Positions 59,476 to 64,000 of a stretch of DNA of 64,000 nucleotides are shown here, in pieces. The stretch is from NCBI GenBank assembly GCA_963844825.1, contig CAWJPQ010000003.1, positions 10,088 through 74,087 on the forward strand, read 5' to 3'. Below the pieces are notes generated by a model, which was not told the DNA's origin, searched no databases, and saw only the letters and a list, made by a program, of their open reading frames with translations. This stretch comes from an uncultured Gammaproteobacteria bacterium (GTDB taxonomy: Bacteria > Pseudomonadota > Gammaproteobacteria > CAWJPQ01). Numbering within the stretch: the first letter of the stretch is position 1; each line of letters starts with the position of its first letter. The position numbers and the translations under genes are program-made.

Positions 59476-61286
59476 TTAACGGCCGCGCAAAAAGAGCTTA
59501 TCCAGCTCGTTCATATCCAGCTGCACCCAGGTCGGGCGGCCGTGGTTGCACTGGCCGCTGCGCTCGGTGGTCTCCATGTCGCGCAGCAGGGCGTTCATCT
59601 CCGCCACCGTCAGGCGACGGTGGGCCCGCACCGAGGCGCGGCAGGCCATGTTCCCCAACAGGGTATGGAGGTGTTCCTCGACACGCTCGGTGCGCCCATG
59701 GGCCAGGAGGTCCGACAGCATATCGCGCACCAGCGTCTCCACATCGGCCTCCTGCAACAGCGTGGGTACCTGGCGCACGGCAAGGGTCGCCGGGCCGATG
59801 CGCTGGACCTCGAAGCCGAGCTGGGTAAACAGGTCGGCGTGGGCCTCGCCCTGTTGGGCCTCTTTGTCGCTCACCGCCAGGGTCAGAGGGACGAGCAGGG
59901 GCTGCGCGGCGATGCCCCCCTTGGCCAGGTCGGCCCGCATGGTCTCGTAGACGATGCGCTCGTGGGCGGCGTGCATGTCCACCATCACCAGGCCGTGGGC
60001 GTTCTCGGCGAGGATATAGACCCCGTGCAGCTGGCCCAGGGCGTAGCCGAGGGGCGGCACCGGTGAGCCCTCGGCCTCGCCCGGCCGGGGCGTCGGGGCG
60101 TCGGGGCGGGCCGGATGCAACGCCCCGTAGTCGCGGATCTGTTCCTGCACCGGGTAGGCAAACCCGGCCTGGCGAGGCGGGGTATACGCCGGCCCCGCGC
60201 CCGACCGGGCGCCCGGCGGCACGGCGTCACCGCCGATCCCCCTGGGGTGGCGACCTCCCCGCCAAGGCCGACGCCCTGGGCGCCCGCCTTGCTCTCGGCC
60301 AGGGCCCGCTGGACCGTGCGCAGCAGAAAATCATAGACCAGGCGGCCCTCGCGAAAGCGCACCTCGTGCTTGGTGGGGTGCACGTTCACGTCCACCAGTT
60401 CCGGCGGCAGATCAAGATACAGCACGTAGGCCGGGTGCCGGCCATGATAGAGCACATCGTGATAGGCCTGGCGCAGGGCGTGGCTGACCAGCTTGTCGCG
60501 GATGAAGCGGCCGTTGACATAGACGTACTGCAGATCGGCCTGACTGCGTGAAAATACCGGCAGGCCCACCCACCCCCGCAGGTGCAGGCCGTTGGCCTCC
60601 GCCTCCACCCGCAGCCCCTGATCCAAAAAGGGTTCCCCGCACAGGGTGGCGACACGCCCCTGCTGGGCCGCCAGGTCCGGGGCGCGGCCCAACGACAGCA
60701 CGGCCTTGTCCCGGTGCCGGAGGCTGAAGCCCACATCGAAGCGGCTCAGGGCGATGCGCCTGACCACCTCCTCCACGTGGCCGAACTCGGTCTTTTCGGT
60801 GCGCAGGAACTTGCGCCGCGCCGGGGTGTTGAAGAACAGGTCCCGGACCTCCACCGTGGTGCCGCGGGGATGGGGGGCGGGCGCCGGGGCCGCCGGCGCC
60901 AGTCCCCCTTCGCTGCGCACCGACCAGCCCTTGTCGTCGCCCTCCACCCGAGACACCAGGGCGAAGCGGGCCACCGAGGCGATGCTGGGCAGGGCCTCGC
61001 CGCGAAAGCCCAGTGTCCCGATGCGGGTCAGGTCTTCCAGGCTGGTGATCTTGCTGGTGGCGTGGCGGCCGAGGGCCAGGGCCAGGTCGTCCCTGTGGAT
61101 CCCCCGCCCGTCGTCACGGATCCGGATCAGGCGGGTGCCCCCCGCCTCGATGTCCACGTCCACCTGCCGGGACCCGGCGTCAAGGCTGTTCTCCAGCAGC
61201 TCCTTGACCACGGAGGCGGGCCGTTCCACCACCTCGCCGGCCGCGATTTGATTGGCCAGCTGGGGGGGAAGGTACTGTATGCGCAT
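59476..61286 (-). CDS. mutL: DNA mismatch repair protein MutL, frameshift near 60225
   Basis: [26 protein letters not shown]; C-terminal [18 protein letters not shown] endonuclease motifs. Confidence 0.95.
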
Positions 61287-61437
61287 TGAGCCGGCTTACC
61301 TAGACGGATGACAAGGGACCGCGTCGCGGCCCGGTCCTATTCTACCGTATGGCACCCTGCCCGCCTATCGGCGCTCAGGCCGGCCGCAGGGGGGATAATG
61401 TGGACAAAGTGGAAAACCCGCGGCGGCGGGTTGGGAC

Positions 61438-62766
61438 TCAGCTGCCGTCGGTCACGGGGATGTCCAGGGTCTGCCCCACCTGCAGGGTGTCGCCGCTGAT
61501 GTGATTGACGCTGCGCAGCCGGTGCAGACTGACCTGGTATTGCTTGGCGATGCCGATCAGCGTGTCCCCGGGGGTAATGACGTGGGTGTGACGGGAGGTG
61601 TTCGCCAGCACGGTACCCGCGGGCGGGTGATGGCGGAAATACGCCTCGATGCCCGTGAGGATGCGCTTGGCGATCCGGTGCTGATAGCGGTGGCTGCGCA
61701 GGTGAGCCTCGTCGCGGGGATTGGATATATAGGCCGTTTCCACCAGGATGGAGGGGATATCCGGTGACTTGAGCACCACGAACCCGGCCTGCTGCACCTT
61801 GTGTTTGTGGAGCCTGCCGAGGCGGTCCAGTTGATCCAGGACATCCGCCCCCACATCCAGACTGGCCTCGATGGTCGCGGTCTGGGACAGATCCAGCAGG
61901 ACCGAGGCCAGGAGGTTGTCCTTGTCCTCCAGGCTCACGCCGCCCACCAGGTCGGCGGCGTTTTCCTTGGCCGCCAGCCAGCGGGCCGCCTCATCGGTCG
62001 CCCCATGCTGGGACAAGGCGTACACTGAGGAGCCGCTGACACGATGATCGCGGAAGGAATCGGCGTGAATGGAGACGAACAGGTCCGCCTTGTGGGCACG
62101 GGCCTTGCGGGTGCGCTCGCGCAGGCTCACATAGTAATCCCCGTCCCGGGTCAAATACGGCACCATGCCGGGCTCATTACGGACCAACTTCTCGAGCTCC
62201 CGGGCGATCGCCAGCACCACGTTCTTTTCCTTGGTACCGTGGGGACCGTGGGCGCCGGGGTCCTCCCCGCCGTGCCCCGGATCGATCGCCACGATCACCG
62301 GCCGGGGCCCCTTGGCGCCGTTGGGCTCCAGGGTCTTGACCGGCTCTGAATGCCCCTGATCCTCCAGGTCCACCACCAGGCGGCGACCGTAGGTCCGGTT
62401 CGGCTGCAGGACAAAGCTCTTGGGCTTGGCGGCCTGATTGAGGTCCAGCACCACCCGCAGGGTCCCGCCCCGGCGCCTGCCGGAGCGGATGTCCTTGACC
62501 AGACCGCCGTTGGTGCGCGCCAGGGAGATGTTCCCGGCCAGGCGCCCGTGCTTGATATCGATAACGACGCGGTGGGGGTTTTTCAGGGCGAACAGGCTAT
62601 ATTGAACGGCGGCAGTGACGTCGAACACCACGCGGGTGCTGTCGGGGGCGGGCCACACGCGAACACTGCTGACCTGCGCCGTGCCGGCCACGGCAAGCGA
62701 CGAGAATAACAGCATCCCTATAACCCAGATCCCACGCATCGGCAACCTTGCCCCCTTATTGTTCAA
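61438..62766 (-). CDS. amiB: N-acetylmuramoyl-L-alanine amidase (AMIN + Amidase_3 + LysM)
   Basis: IDPGHGGEDPGA, SIHAD, LKSPDIPSILVE, C-terminal LysM. Confidence 0.9.
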   Translation of the reverse strand: MNNKGARLPMRGIWVIGMLLFSSLAVAGTAQVSSVRVWPAPDSTRVVFDVTAAVQYSLFALKNPHRVVIDIKHGRLAGNISLARTNGGLVKDIRSGRRRGGTLRVVLDLNQAAKPKSFVLQPNRTYGRRLVVDLEDQGHSEPVKTLEPNGAKGPRPVIVAIDPGHGGEDPGAHGPHGTKEKNVVLAIARELEKLVRNEPGMVPYLTRDGDYYVSLRERTRKARAHKADLFVSIHADSFRDHRVSGSSVYALSQHGATDEAARWLAAKENAADLVGGVSLEDKDNLLASVLLDLSQTATIEASLDVGADVLDQLDRLGRLHKHKVQQAGFVVLKSPDIPSILVETAYISNPRDEAHLRSHRYQHRIAKRILTGIEAYFRHHPPAGTVLANTSRHTHVITPGDTLIGIAKQYQVSLHRLRSVNHISGDTLQVGQTLDIPVTDGS

Positions 62767-62898
62767 TCACGCCGGGATAGACTTTTTTAATACACTTACC
62801 ATTAAAACGCAAGAATTTTATGCACATACCCTCGAAATCTCGAGGACAACATTACATAAACACCATAACATGGAACATCAGGGCCGGCGCCCCCGGGG

Positions 62899-63360
62899 TC
62901 AGGGGACAGCCAGCGCCGCCAGGATCTCCCGGCCCCGGGCGGTGGCGGCCTCCCACTGCACCCGGCGGCCCTGCGGGATATAGGCGATGGTCAGCCGGAT
63001 GTCAGGGGGCGGGAGCACACCGGTGCCGCGCTCGGGCCACTCCACCAGGCACACGGCCCCGGGGGAAAAGTAATCCCGGATGCCCATAAACTCCAGCTCT
63101 TCGGGATCGGCGAGACGAAACAGGTCGAAATGATGGAGCTCGCGGCCGCCCACCCGATAACTCTCCACCAGGGTGAACGTGGGGCTCTTCACCGGCCCCC
63201 CATGGCCCGCGCCCTGCACGAAGCCCCGGGCGAAGGTCGTCTTGCCCGCCCCGAGCTCGCCCTGGAGATACAGGCAGCCGCCGTCGCCGCAGGCCCGCTG
63301 GAAGGCCGCCCCCAGGGCGGCCATTCGATCCTCGTCGACCACGGTCACGCCGGCCGCCAT
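62899..63360 (-). CDS. tsaE: tRNA threonylcarbamoyladenosine biosynthesis ATPase TsaE
   Basis: GELGAGKT, VKSPTFTLVESY, HFDLFRL, VEWP. Confidence 0.96.
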   Translation of the reverse strand: MAAGVTVVDEDRMAALGAAFQRACGDGGCLYLQGELGAGKTTFARGFVQGAGHGGPVKSPTFTLVESYRVGGRELHHFDLFRLADPEELEFMGIRDYFSPGAVCLVEWPERGTGVLPPPDIRLTIAYIPQGRRVQWEAATARGREILAALAVP

Positions 63361-63425
63361 CCGTCACCCCTGTCCGTTGCGGGGCCGGCGTCCAATCCAG
63401 GGGATTGATGACGGGGACAAGCCGG

Positions 63426-64000
63426 TCATTGCACGGAAGGATTGACCAGCCCGTGGAGCGCCCCAATGAGGTCGCTCACGATCAGGCCCCGCTCCCCGTC
63501 CCGGGCGGCGCGGTCGCCCGCCTTGGCGTGCAGGCACACGCCCAGGCGGGCCGCGTCAATCAGGGGCAGGCCCTGGGCGACGAGGCTGACCACAATGCCC
63601 GTCAGGGCATCGCCCATGCCCCCGCTGGCCATGCCGGGGTTGCCCCCGGCACAGATCTCCACCGGCCCGCTGTCGTCATAGATGAGGGTGCCCGCCCCCT
63701 TCAATATGCTCGTCCCCCCGTAGCGCCGGTTCAGCTCGCTCACGGCGGTGAAGCGGTCGGCCTGGATCTGCGGCGTGGTGCAGCCCAGCAGGCGCGCGGC
63801 CTCCCCCGGGTGAGGGGTGATCACCCAGTTGCCCCGCTTGAAGGGGTCGCCCGCCAGCAGATTGAGGGCGTCGGCGTCCACCACCAGGGGCAGCTGGGTC
63901 TCCAATACCACCTTGAACATGGCCTGGGCCCACTCGTCCTGGCCCAGACCGGGTCCCACGGCGACCGCCGTGGCCCGCTGCAGCAGGGGCCGCAGGGCGG
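63426..64000 (-). CDS. nnr: NAD(P)H-hydrate dehydratase (Nnr/YjeF), 3' part only
   Basis: GPGLG, DADAL, ITPHPGE, LKG, GGMGDALTG; runs off the window edge. Confidence 0.93.
   Translation of the reverse strand, partial: ALRPLLQRATAVAVGPGLGQDEWAQAMFKVVLETQLPLVVDADALNLLAGDPFKRGNWVITPHPGEAARLLGCTTPQIQADRFTAVSELNRRYGGTSILKGAGTLIYDDSGPVEICAGGNPGMASGGMGDALTGIVVSLVAQGLPLIDAARLGVCLHAKAGDRAARDGERGLIVSDLIGALHGLVNPSVQ

Overview
GC-rich gammaproteobacterial chromosome segment, probably from a lithotroph. The backbone is two well-known conserved blocks: nnr-tsaE-amiB-mutL // miaA-hfq-hflXKC-yjeT-hisZ-purA, and tRNA-Ser-yccA-cysG-serS-crcB-rarA-lolA-ftsK-trxB-aat-bpt-infA-clpAS-cspD-icd-nudJ-mnmA-hflD-purB. 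The second block sits between mutL and miaA and splits the first. The left accessory region (1-17.7 kb) holds a Lig-like Ig-repeat lipoprotein, a Cyc2-type cytochrome-porin (candidate Fe(II) oxidase) tail-to-tail with a type I sulfide:quinone oxidoreductase, a YbhGFSR-like ABC exporter and a porin/periplasmic protein/diguanylate cyclase operon. A ~6.6 kb island beside tRNA-Ser is bracketed by two bipartite GGACACCCA repeat arrays. It carries YeeE/YedE genes, an orphan divergent cbb3 subunit I behind a sigma54-like promoter, a deleted FisR-like activator, a bactofilin operon and a methyltransferase. After purB there is an unannotated sRNA candidate with a perfect CRP-type box and anti-Shine-Dalgarno loops. 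Many housekeeping genes carry small frameshifts, most likely long-read assembly errors. All assignments come from motif recognition by eye; no database searches were run.
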